A stretch of DNA of 18,139 bases from a bacterium (GTDB lineage Bacteria > Zhuqueibacterota > Zhuqueibacteria > Oceanimicrobiales > Oceanimicrobiaceae), in contig JBBIIG010000017.1 of assembly GCA_037446635.1 (NCBI GenBank), forward strand, positions 1 to 18,139. The letters run 5' to 3'. Positions 1 to 7,896 of this stretch are shown in pieces. The translations under genes and the position numbers were made by a program. The stretch's first letter is position 1; each line of letters opens with the position of its first letter. The notes below the pieces were generated by a model. That model worked only from the letters and a program-made list of their open reading frames with translations. It was not told where the DNA came from and made no database searches.

Positions 1-2
1 TT

Positions 3-857
3 GTCAACCAGGCGACGTTTTCCGAAAAACTAAAATTAGTTTTTGGCGGCCGCTTTGATGTGATTAACTATGACGACGAGCGCGCAGATCTCAATTTGTT
101 AACCGGTCAAATTGAGCCGTCCGCCACCCGGCGGAATTATGAAAAGTTCAGCCCCATGGTGGGAGTGACCCTGGCGCCGACGGCCACCCTGTCGCTCTAT
201 GCCAACGCCGGCCAGGCTTTCGCCGCGCCCTCCAGCCTTACCAAAGGCGATCCCAAACCGGAAGAAAGCACCCAGTTCGAAGTGGGCGCGAAGGTGCGCG
301 CCCTCAACGGCCGGCTGCAGAGCGGGGTGGCGCTTTATCATTTGAAGAAGGAAAACATTGGCATTCCGGACGCCACGGGCATCACGCAGCAAAGCGGCGA
401 TCAGCGCGCGCGCGGTGTGGAATTCGATCTCTCGGTGCAGCCGGTGAACAGTTGGCACGCATTCTTGACCTACGCCTTCACGGACGCAGAGTTGACGGAG
501 TTTCGCGAGATCGATACTTTTACTCAGCAGTTGGTGGATCACAGCGGCAACACGCCAGTCTTCGCTCCCAAACATATTTTGAATTTTTGGACCACGAAGG
601 AATATGCCATTGGCGTCGGATTTGGCGCGGGCTTTCGTTACGTCAGCAGCCAGTTCATCGATGAAGACAATGTGTTTGAAATCGACAGCGCGTTGACGTT
701 CGACGCCTCGCTCTATTACACGTTTCGCAACTGGCGCTGGAGCGTCAACGTTAAAAACATCACCGACGCCGAGTACGAAACCCGCGGCTTTGGCTCCACC
801 TCGGTGATGCCGGCGAACCCGCGCGCGGTGTATGGGGCGATTGACTTTTCGTTGTAG
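3..857 (+). CDS. TonB-dependent outer-membrane receptor (siderophore-receptor-like), C-terminal part; 5' end lies outside the window
   Basis: Frame is open from base 3 (VNQATFSEKLKLVFGGRFDVINY...). Typical TBDR barrel motifs: FSPMVGV, LSLYANAGQAF, PKPEESTQFEVGAK, QRARGVEF, FDASLYY, VKNITD.EY and a terminal PRAVYGAIDFSL strand. Confidence 0.93.
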   Translation, partial: VNQATFSEKLKLVFGGRFDVINYDDERADLNLLTGQIEPSATRRNYEKFSPMVGVTLAPTATLSLYANAGQAFAAPSSLTKGDPKPEESTQFEVGAKVRALNGRLQSGVALYHLKKENIGIPDATGITQQSGDQRARGVEFDLSVQPVNSWHAFLTYAFTDAELTEFREIDTFTQQLVDHSGNTPVFAPKHILNFWTTKEYAIGVGFGAGFRYVSSQFIDEDNVFEIDSALTFDASLYYTFRNWRWSVNVKNITDAEYETRGFGSTSVMPANPRAVYGAIDFSL

Positions 858-893
858 GAGCTTTGATTGTTGTTGGGATTTTAGTTTCAAATG

Positions 894-1002
894 ACGAGGA
901 GTAATGGAGTGTTGGAGTGCTGGATCGTAACGCAAACCTCTGGTTTGCCATCTCAAAGCGGAGCTTTGAGATACATTACTCCATTACTCCATCACTCCTC
1001 GT
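894..1002. repeat. Composite palindromic element, copy 1: 8-bp-period TGGAGTRN arms in inverted orientation enclosing two hairpins
   Basis: 894-922 matches the reverse complement of 974-1002 at 24/29. Inner hairpins are GCAAACC-TCT-GGTTTGC (932-948) and ATCTCAAAGC-GGA-GCTTTGAGAT (950-972). A homologous copy lies at 7186-7300. Confidence 0.85.
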
Positions 1003-1045
1003 GGAAATATGATTAATCTTTGAATACAGCTCAGGTGAAGCAAAA

Positions 1046-2356
1046 ATGAAAAATGAATGCGACGTAGTTGTGATCGGCGGTGGGCCGGCCGGCGCCACCG
1101 TTTCGACGATCATTGCCCAGCAGGGCTATCAAGTTCAGCTCTTCGAGCGCGATCATTTCCCGCGTTTTCACATCGGTGAGTCGCTCATCCCGGAAACCTA
1201 TTGGGTGCTCAAGCGCCTGGGCATGCTGGAAAAAATGCAGAAGAGCCATTTCGTCAAAAAATACAGCGTGCAGTTTATCAATGCCAGCGGCAAACTCTCC
1301 GCGCCATTTTATTTTTGGGACAACAAGCCGCACGAGTGCTCGCAGACCTGGCAGGTGGTGCGCAGCGAGTTCGATTTGATGATGCTGAACAACGCGCGCG
1401 GGCACGGCGTACAGGCCTTCGAAGGCGTGCGCGTGCGCGACGTGTTGTTTGCGGGAGAGCGTGCCGTGGGAGTTAAGATTCAATTAGAAGATGGCTCGCA
1501 GCATGAGGCGCGGGCGAAGGTGGTCGTCGATGCCAGCGGCCAGAGCGGCTTGCTGCAAAACAAGTTTAAATTGCGGGTTTGGGATCCGGTGCTCAACAAA
1601 GGCGCCATTTGGACCTACTGGCAGGGCGCGTACCGCGACACCGGCCGCGACGAAGGCGCCACGATGGTCATCCAAACTGCCAATCGCAAGGGATGGTTCT
1701 GGTACATCCCGCTGCACGACGATCGCGTGAGCGTCGGCGTGGTGGCGCCGTTCGATTATCTTTTCAAAGGGCGGAAGAGCCACGAGCAAACTTATAATGA
1801 AGAGGTGGAGCGCTGTGCCGCTGTGAAGGAGCGGGTATCGAAGGGCCGACGCATCACCGGCTATTTTGCGACCAAAGATTACTCCTACCGTGGCTCACAG
1901 GCGGCTGGCGATGGTTGGGTGACCATCGGCGACGCGTTCGCCTTTCTGGATCCGCTGTACTCCTCGGGCGTGCTGCTGGCTTTGCGCTCCGGCGAAATGG
2001 CGGCTGATGCGATTGTGGAAGGATTTCAAAACGGCGATCTTTCTGCCGCGCAGCTTGGAAAATGGACGTCGCTTTTCAACGTTGGCGTCGATCGCATGCG
2101 CCGCCTCGTTTGCGAATATTATGATGGCTTCAGCTTCGGCAAGTTCGTGCGCGCTTATCCGCATCTCCGCGGCACGGTGACGGATTTGCTGATTGGAGAT
2201 TTGTTTACCGACCGCGTGGATGGCGTCTGGCAAGCGATGGAGTCGCTCTATCCGGAAGGCAAGACGCCGCCGCCGTCGTGGGATGCCGGCACGCCGCCGG
2301 AGGTCGCCGCGAATAAAGCGAATGAATTGATTCTACCGGAAGGGGAAAGGCCGTAA
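1046..2356 (+). CDS. Flavin-dependent halogenase-like NAD(P)/FAD-dependent oxidoreductase (PltA/CndH/CmlS-type)
   Basis: GGGPAG FAD-binding motif, FPRFHIGESL, Lys in FVKKY at the expected catalytic position, DASG, WFWYIP (WxWxIP), GDAFAFLDPLYSSG. Confidence 0.85.
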   Translation: MKNECDVVVIGGGPAGATVSTIIAQQGYQVQLFERDHFPRFHIGESLIPETYWVLKRLGMLEKMQKSHFVKKYSVQFINASGKLSAPFYFWDNKPHECSQTWQVVRSEFDLMMLNNARGHGVQAFEGVRVRDVLFAGERAVGVKIQLEDGSQHEARAKVVVDASGQSGLLQNKFKLRVWDPVLNKGAIWTYWQGAYRDTGRDEGATMVIQTANRKGWFWYIPLHDDRVSVGVVAPFDYLFKGRKSHEQTYNEEVERCAAVKERVSKGRRITGYFATKDYSYRGSQAAGDGWVTIGDAFAFLDPLYSSGVLLALRSGEMAADAIVEGFQNGDLSAAQLGKWTSLFNVGVDRMRRLVCEYYDGFSFGKFVRAYPHLRGTVTDLLIGDLFTDRVDGVWQAMESLYPEGKTPPPSWDAGTPPEVAANKANELILPEGERP

Positions 2357-2372
2357 AACATGACAGTCCAGC

Positions 2373-2516
2373 TTGTCATTCCGAACGGAGCGCAGCGTAG
2401 TGAGGAATCTGACGGAGAATAACTTCAGCGATTAGGCTCTCAATTGATTAGTGCAAAAACGATCTGTGCATTGTCAGATTCCTCACCCGACAAAAAACGT
2501 CGGTGTGTCATGACAA
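2373..2516. repeat. GTCATT...GAATCT / AGATTC...ATGAC inverted-repeat (MITE/REP-like) element
   Basis: Perfect 14-bp IR GTGAGGAATCTGAC (2400-2413) / GTCAGATTCCTCAC (2473-2486). Outer IR TTGTCAT (2373-2379) / ATGACAA (2510-2516). Small hairpin CCGAC..GTCGG at 2487-2503. Confidence 0.8.
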
Positions 2517-2574
2517 TTAATGTTTGTTCATAAAAGCGGAAACGTCTTAAAAATTTGCACTTCATAGAGAAAAA

Positions 2575-2817
2575 ATGAAAAGATACACGCGATCAATTCT
2601 GTACACCCTGCTGGTGCTGCTTTACTTCCTCCACACCGACTGGTGGTTTTGGAACGATAGCCGTTTGATTTTGAATTTGCCCGTTGGTCTTTTGTATCAC
2701 ATCGGGTTCTGTGTCGCCGCTGCGGCGCTGATGTTTTTGCTGGTGAAATTTGCGTGGCCTGCGCACTTGGATCTCGAATCGGCTGTCATTCAGGAGGAAT
2801 CTTTTCCGCGAAGCTGA
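2575..2817 (+). CDS. Small two-TM membrane protein (DUF3311-like partner of sodium:solute symporters)
   Basis: 80 aa with two hydrophobic segments, the pattern LHTDWWFWND...LNLPVGLLYH...AWP, and position directly upstream of an SSS gene. Confidence 0.75.
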   Translation: MKRYTRSILYTLLVLLYFLHTDWWFWNDSRLILNLPVGLLYHIGFCVAAAALMFLLVKFAWPAHLDLESAVIQEESFPRS

Positions 2818-2922
2818 TCGCCTGCCCGCGTCCGCGAAGCGGATCCGCCACTGCGGAGAGGAAGGGGATTCCGATTAGCAAGTAGCAGGATACCCCAATA
2901 AAAAGACTCTTCCTGAGTGACA
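2784..2922. repeat. Second GTCATT...GAATCT-type inverted-repeat element, overlapping the 3' end of the small membrane-protein gene
   Basis: TGTCATTCAGGAGGAATCTTTT (2784-2805) matches the reverse complement of AAAAGACTCTTCCTGAGTGACA (2901-2922) at 19/22; two of the mismatches are G-U compatible. Confidence 0.8.
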
Positions 2923-2963
2923 CGAAAAAATTCTAAACTTGTGAATAATTAGACTAATCCTTT

Positions 2964-4481
2964 ATGGTTTTGACGATCATCTTCATTTATTTGCTGATGG
3001 TGCTGACGGTAGGCTCGTTGAGTCACCGGCTTTTCCGCGGCACGGGCGAAGATTATTTCGTGGCCACCCGTACCATCGGGCCGTTTATTCTTTTGATGTC
3101 GCTATTCGGCACGCACATGACGGCCTTTTCGCTGTTGGGTGCTTCGGCGGAATCGTATCATAACGGTATCGGCGTGTTTGCGCTCATGGCCTCCAGCTCG
3201 GCGTTGGTGGCGCCGGCGGTTTTCTTTTTTATTGGCACGCGAGTTTGGGCTATCGGCAAGCGCCACGGCTATTTGACGCAAATTCAATTTCTACGCGAGC
3301 GCTGGAATTCCGACGCCGTGGCTTTGATCATGTTCGTGGCGCTGATCGCTTTTCTGATTCCGTATTTGCTCATCGGCGTGATGGGCGGCGGCATCACGCT
3401 GAACGAGATCACGGGCGGTCGCATCCCCGAGTGGGTGGGCGGATTGATGGTGTGCGCGGTGGTGCTGGCGTACGTAACCTACGGCGGCTTGCGCGGCACC
3501 GCCTGGGCGAACACCTTTCAAACGCTGGTGTTCATGATCCTCGGCGCGGCGACGTTTTTGGTGATCGTTAACAAATTGGGCGGACTCTCCAATGCCATGT
3601 CGCTGATTTCGGAGCGCAACCCGGAGCTGCTGATGCGCGGAGAAAAAATCAGGCCGCTGAAATCGTTGAGCTACACGCTCATCCCACTGTCGGTGGGAAC
3701 GTTCCCGCACATTTTTATCCACTGGCTGTCAGCCAAACGCGCGGATACGTTTCGCTATCCGATGATCTTTTATCCGCTTTGTATCGCGGTGGTTTGGGTT
3801 CCCAGTGTGCTGTTAGGCATGATGGGCACCATCGATTTTGCCGGGCTGCGCGGCCCCGAAGCCAATTCAATTTTGATTCGGATGATCGGCCGCTACTCGC
3901 CGGAGGTGCTGGCGGGATTTTTGGCCGCGGGGGTGTTCGCCGCCATCATGTCGTCGCTGGACTCGCAGGTGCTGTCCATCGGCACGATGTTTACGCACGA
4001 CATCGTCCGCCGCTACGGTTTCAAAAATAAGATGAGCGAGAAGCAGCAAATCTTTTTTGGACGATTGTTTGTGGTGGTCATCCTGGCGATCACGTTTCTT
4101 CTTTCTCAAATATCCAATCGCAGCATTTTCAAATTGGGCACGTGGTCGTTCACTGGTTTTACGGCGCTGCTCCCAATTGTGGTGGCAGCGCTGTATTGGA
4201 AACGCAGCACCAAACAGGGGGCGATGACTTCGGCGATCGCCGTGGTTGTTTTGTGGATTTATTTTTTTGTGCAGGGATGGCAGGACCCCAATTACACCAT
4301 CGGTGGCAGCGGCCTGATGCCGGTGGCGGTGATGCTGGCGGCCTCCACTTTTGCGATGATCTTGGTTTCGTTAATGACAAAAGCTCCGGACGAATTGACT
4401 CTGATGAAGTTTTTTCCCACGGACGGGTATCTTTCTGCTAAGCGCTTGAAACCGAAACCCGAAGAAATTCGCACTCAATGA
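2964..4481 (+). CDS. Sodium:solute symporter (SSS) family protein
   Basis: 505 aa, many TM segments. Motifs EDYFVATRTIG, TAFSLLG, YVTYGGLRGTAWANTFQ, AAIMSSLDSQ, ALYWKR. Confidence 0.95.
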   Translation: MVLTIIFIYLLMVLTVGSLSHRLFRGTGEDYFVATRTIGPFILLMSLFGTHMTAFSLLGASAESYHNGIGVFALMASSSALVAPAVFFFIGTRVWAIGKRHGYLTQIQFLRERWNSDAVALIMFVALIAFLIPYLLIGVMGGGITLNEITGGRIPEWVGGLMVCAVVLAYVTYGGLRGTAWANTFQTLVFMILGAATFLVIVNKLGGLSNAMSLISERNPELLMRGEKIRPLKSLSYTLIPLSVGTFPHIFIHWLSAKRADTFRYPMIFYPLCIAVVWVPSVLLGMMGTIDFAGLRGPEANSILIRMIGRYSPEVLAGFLAAGVFAAIMSSLDSQVLSIGTMFTHDIVRRYGFKNKMSEKQQIFFGRLFVVVILAITFLLSQISNRSIFKLGTWSFTGFTALLPIVVAALYWKRSTKQGAMTSAIAVVVLWIYFFVQGWQDPNYTIGGSGLMPVAVMLAASTFAMILVSLMTKAPDELTLMKFFPTDGYLSAKRLKPKPEEIRTQ

Positions 4482-4522
4482 ATATCAATGATCAATTTAT
4501 CAAATTAAACAAAGGAGAATCT

Positions 4523-5026
4523 ATGACGTCGAAAACCTCCAACATGCGGCTTGAGAGCAAACGCCTACTCACTGTAGTTGCTTCGTTGTTAAGTGTCTTA
4601 TTTCTGGAGGTGCCCCTTGACGCGGCCGGTCAAGTGCCCGCGTTGGAGGAAGAGAAAACATTCAATCAGGCGCAGAAATTGGAAGAGTTGCGTCAGTCGA
4701 TTGCCGGCAAAGAGAACATGGCAGCTGACTCGGTTTTTAAAAACATTCAGTTGCTAAAAGGCATGCCCGCCGGCCGCTTGCTGCGGGTGATGGAGATCGC
4801 TTACAGCAAATCTTTGGGAGTGGATTGCACCCACTGCCACGTGGTTGACCAATGGGAGAAGGAGGACAAACCCACCAAACAAATCGCTCGCGAGATGTGG
4901 GGCATGATGAACGGCATCAATAGCCAGTTCCTCAAAAACATAAAGAATTTGAAAAGCGAAACCCCGTCCATCAATTGCACGACTTGTCACCGCGGGCAAA
5001 CCAAGCCGGCGCTGAACTTGCCTTAG
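4523..5026 (+). CDS. Secreted diheme c-type cytochrome (photosynthetic reaction-centre cytochrome c subunit-like fold)
   Basis: Two CxxCH motifs (CTHCH, CTTCH), VFKNIQLL and SLGVDCTHCHV...K.IAREM patterns, hydrophobic N-terminal signal. Start moved to ATG 4523 behind AAGGAG (the ORF track starts at 4478). Confidence 0.85.
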   Translation: MTSKTSNMRLESKRLLTVVASLLSVLFLEVPLDAAGQVPALEEEKTFNQAQKLEELRQSIAGKENMAADSVFKNIQLLKGMPAGRLLRVMEIAYSKSLGVDCTHCHVVDQWEKEDKPTKQIAREMWGMMNGINSQFLKNIKNLKSETPSINCTTCHRGQTKPALNLP

Positions 5027-5137
5027 AAACGGCGACCGGCTTTCACGCGCGTTCGGGATTCGTGAACATCAGTTTGATATTTGAGTTGCGCATTTGTTTC
5101 GTATTTCGACATTCGAGTTTACAATTAAAATCTAAGT

Positions 5138-6442
5138 ATGAGAATAGCCTATATCTCCACCGGTGCCGGCGGCATGTACTGCGGTACGTGCCTCCACGAT
5201 AACACGCTTGCGGCCGCTCTGATTCGCAAAGGTTACGAGGTCGCGCTCATTCCCACCTACACGCCCATGCGCACCGATGAAACCAGCGTCAGCATCGACC
5301 GCATTTTCTATGGCGGCATCAACGTCTATTTGCAGGAGAAATTCGCGCTTTTCCGGCACACGCCGTGGATTCTTGATCGCCTTTTCAACAGTCCGCGTTT
5401 GCTCAACTGGTTGTCAAAAATGGCCTCCGCCACCGACGCCCGCGATCTCGGCGCGCTCACCGTTTCGGTTTTGAAAGGGGAACACGGACATCAGCGCAAG
5501 GAATTGGAAAAGCTGGTAACGTGGTTGAAGGAGTCGTACAAACCCGATCTCGTGCATCTCAACATTTCTATGCTTTTAGGAATGGCGCGGGAGATCAAAA
5601 GTGAATTAGGTGTGCCGGTGCTGTGCGGCGTTCAAGGCGAGGATCTGTTTTTGGAGGAATTGATTGAACCTTATCGCACGCAAGCCAAAACCATCATGCG
5701 TGAACGCGCCAACGACGTCGATGGCTTCATCGCCACCAGCCGCTATTACGCCGATTACATGGCTGACTTTCTCGGCGTTCCTCGTGAGAAATTTCACGTG
5801 GTGATGTTGGGGATCAAATTGGATGACTACGTCGGCGCGCCCAACAGCCGGCCGGCGCAGGCAGGCACACCGGAGAGTCCCTTCGTGATCGGCTATCTCG
5901 CGCGGCTGGCGCCGGAAAAAGGGCTGCATCTTCTGGTGGATGCTTACAAAAAGCTGCGCGCGCAAAACAACGCCGGTAGGTTGAAATTGCGCGTCGCCGG
6001 TTATCTCGCCAAAAAGGATGAAGCCTACTTCAAAAAGATTCATGCGCAAGTAATGGCAGAAGGCTACGACGGTGACTTCGAATATCTCGGCGAAGTGGAC
6101 CGCGCCCAAAAGATAAATTTTCTGAGCAGCTTGCACGTGCTCTCAGTGCCAACGGTTTACAAAGAATCGAAGGGACTATTTGTACTCGAAGCTCTGGCCA
6201 ACGGGGTGCCGGTGGTGCAGCCGCGCCACGGCTCGTTTCCGGAAGTCATCGAGGCCACGGGCGGCGGCGTTCTCGTCGAGCCGGCATCATCCGATGCCCT
6301 GGCCGAAGGCCTCGAACAATTGATGAACGATCACACTCGCCGCGAGCAGATGGGCCGACGCGCCAAAGAGGCCGTGCGCCGCCACTTCAGCGATCAGGTG
6401 ATGGCGGACGCGATGATCGAGGTTTATAAGCAGTATGTGTGA
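5138..6442 (+). CDS. Glycosyltransferase family 4 (GT-B) with N-terminal CxxC
   Basis: GYLARLAPEKG, E-X7-E motif (ESKGLFVLE), ALANGVPVV, GSFPEVI; N-terminal GAGGMYCGTCLHDN. Confidence 0.92.
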   Translation: MRIAYISTGAGGMYCGTCLHDNTLAAALIRKGYEVALIPTYTPMRTDETSVSIDRIFYGGINVYLQEKFALFRHTPWILDRLFNSPRLLNWLSKMASATDARDLGALTVSVLKGEHGHQRKELEKLVTWLKESYKPDLVHLNISMLLGMAREIKSELGVPVLCGVQGEDLFLEELIEPYRTQAKTIMRERANDVDGFIATSRYYADYMADFLGVPREKFHVVMLGIKLDDYVGAPNSRPAQAGTPESPFVIGYLARLAPEKGLHLLVDAYKKLRAQNNAGRLKLRVAGYLAKKDEAYFKKIHAQVMAEGYDGDFEYLGEVDRAQKINFLSSLHVLSVPTVYKESKGLFVLEALANGVPVVQPRHGSFPEVIEATGGGVLVEPASSDALAEGLEQLMNDHTRREQMGRRAKEAVRRHFSDQVMADAMIEVYKQYV

Positions 6443-6473
6443 GTCTCATACAAATACTCGATCCCACTACTCG

Positions 6474-6494
6474 TTCCCACGCTCTGCGTGGGAA
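6474..6494. repeat. REP-like hairpin TTCCCACGC-TCT-GCGTGGGAA
   Basis: Perfect 9-bp stem with 3-nt loop, preceded by CTCG. No U-tract follows, so it is REP-like rather than an intrinsic terminator. Confidence 0.7.
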
Positions 6495-6558
6495 GGAAGC
6501 GGATAGTAATATAGCACATCGCGCCCGCTGGACGGTAGTCATTGGAGACTAACAGAGG

Positions 6559-6601
6559 GATGGCGGACGCGATTGTCGAAGTTTATAAACAGTATTTGTG
6601 A
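6559..6601 (+). repeat. Diverged direct duplicate of the glycosyltransferase 3' end (6400-6442)
   Basis: 38/43 nt identical; reads MADAIVEVYKQYL* versus MADAMIEVYKQYV*. Confidence 0.9.
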
Positions 6602-6610
6602 AATCAATTA

Positions 6611-6625
6611 AACCCTGACAGGGTT
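6611..6625. repeat. AACCCTGACAGGGTT palindrome, same family as the in-frame element at 12536-12568
   Basis: 15-bp palindrome identical to 12554-12568, followed by GCCA as in the permease element. Confidence 0.75.
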
Positions 6626-6644
6626 GCCACCACAAAGGAGAACC

Positions 6645-7208
6645 ATGCCAGCAACAGAATCGACTCAAACCAGTTTGACGTGGCTGATTTTTGCGTTGAT
6701 GACCGTCATTTCGTGGGGACTCTACGGAATTTTTCTTCACACTGGCCAGGTGTCGATGGCCGACCCGGTCAATGGGCGCTACAAAGCGTTTCTGTTTGTC
6801 GGCATCGCTTATTTGATCACCGCGGTGGTTGGCCCGGCCATCCTACTTTTTGCAAATGGCGCGGCGTGGAATTTTCCCGCAAAAGGAATGGTGTGGTCGC
6901 TGCTGGCGGGCGCAGTGGGCGCGGTGGGGGCGTTTTGCGTGCTGCTGGCGTTCGGCGCCAAAGGCTCGCCAGCAGTGGTGATGTCCATTGTATTCGCTGG
7001 CGCGCCGGTGGTGAATGCTGTGGTGGCGTTGGCGGTGCATCCGCCAGCGGGTGGATTTAGCGCGCTGCGTTGGCAGTTTGTCGCGGGGATTTTGTTGGCA
7101 GCGATTGGCGGGTGCCTGGTGACGCTTTACAAGCCGGCTGCTGCGCCGTCACCTACTGCGAGCAAAACCGCACAAACTATGGCGCGGAGTGATGGAGTAG
7201 TGGAGTAA
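6645..7208 (+). CDS. Membrane protein, DMT/EamA-like small transporter (about 5 TM)
   Basis: WLIFALMTVISWGLYG, GAVGAVGAFC..AFG, VMSIVFAGAPVVN resemble a DMT repeat. ATG 6645 follows AAGGAG (the track starts at TTG 6624). Confidence 0.7.
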   Translation: MPATESTQTSLTWLIFALMTVISWGLYGIFLHTGQVSMADPVNGRYKAFLFVGIAYLITAVVGPAILLFANGAAWNFPAKGMVWSLLAGAVGAVGAFCVLLAFGAKGSPAVVMSIVFAGAPVVNAVVALAVHPPAGGFSALRWQFVAGILLAAIGGCLVTLYKPAAAPSPTASKTAQTMARSDGVVE

Positions 7209-7300
7209 TGGATCATTGTTGAGTAATAAAAATTGTAGTAAAGCGAACCCCTGGTTTGCTTTTCAAAGCGGAACTTGAGTTACATTAATCCAATAATCCA
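7186..7300. repeat. Composite palindromic element, copy 2 (degenerate), overlapping the stop of the DMT-like gene
   Basis: GGAGTGATGGAGTAGTGGAGTAATGGATC (7186-7214), then GTAAAGCGAACCCCTGGTTTGCTTTTCAAAGCGGAACTTGAGTTACATTAATCCAATAATCCA (7238-7300), which aligns with 927-991. Confidence 0.8.
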
Positions 7301-7316
7301 ACCAAAGGAGTTTATT

Positions 7317-7769
7317 ATGAGACAATTCCTTTCCATTTTGGGCGCACTGATCATTTTGGGAAGCACCCTGCTGGCATTCGCCAACGACGACATCGAAAAG
7401 GAGAAGCAAGCCATTCAGCAGGTAATCGAAAGCGCGTACGTCAAAGGTATCCACATCGACCGCGATCCCGCCGCTATTCGCAGCGGCTTTCATCCGGATT
7501 TCACCATGCTGGTGTTCAAAGATAACCAGATGAGCAAAGTCACGCTCGAAGAATGGATCGCTCGCCTCGAAGAGGGCAAAAAGCAAAATCCGACGCTGGC
7601 CGAAAAGACGACGCACCAGTTTGAAATCGTCGATCTCTCTGGCAACGCCGCGGTCGCGCGCATCGAGTTGTTCAAAGATGGCAAGCACGTTTTCACTGAC
7701 TTCATGTCGCTTTACAAATTCGACGAAGGCTGGAAGATCGTCAACAAAATTTTCTTCCGGCACAACTGA
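7317..7769 (+). CDS. Secreted NTF2-like protein (SnoaL / putative lumazine-binding family)
   Basis: Signal peptide MRQFLSILGAL...LAFA; AIQQVIESAYVKG, GFHPDF, GNAAVARIE, FTDFMSLYKFDEGWKIVNKIF. ATG 7317 follows AAGGAG. Confidence 0.85.
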   Translation: MRQFLSILGALIILGSTLLAFANDDIEKEKQAIQQVIESAYVKGIHIDRDPAAIRSGFHPDFTMLVFKDNQMSKVTLEEWIARLEEGKKQNPTLAEKTTHQFEIVDLSGNAAVARIELFKDGKHVFTDFMSLYKFDEGWKIVNKIFFRHN

Positions 7770-7790
7770 TCGAAAGTGGCGACCGAGTAG

Positions 7791-7821
7791 CACACCAAGA
7801 CTCCAGTACTCCAACGCTCCA
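7791..7821. repeat. Isolated 8-bp-period ACTCCA arm of the composite-element family
   Basis: CACACCAAGACTCCAGTACTCCAACGCTCCA has the same period and orientation as the right arm at 974-1002. Confidence 0.6.
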
Positions 7822-7896
7822 TAATTCGCATGGTTGGAGAATTGCTCAGTCGAAAATGATAGCAAACAAATGACCAGTAACATTTAAGGAGGTAAC

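Noticed and set aside
99..956. 285-aa minus-strand ORF and other long antisense or alternate-frame ORFs (e.g. 7263-7883, 13070-13807, 14298-14936)
   Set aside because: They overlap well-supported genes, have no recognisable motifs, and are expected shadows in GC-rich coding DNA.
2357..2574. Riboswitch upstream of the symporter genes
   Set aside because: No conserved riboswitch motif recognised; the structure is explained by the inverted-repeat element. An Rfam scan would settle it.
4523..5026. Evidence of phototrophy (pufC)
   Set aside because: Only two hemes and no pufLM or bch genes; the fold also occurs in non-phototrophs.
5845..5880. Possible fourth in-frame repeat (GCCGGCCGGCGCAGGCAGGC) in the glycosyltransferase linker
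   Set aside because: Short, imperfect and GC-rich, with no clear second copy in the window; could be chance.
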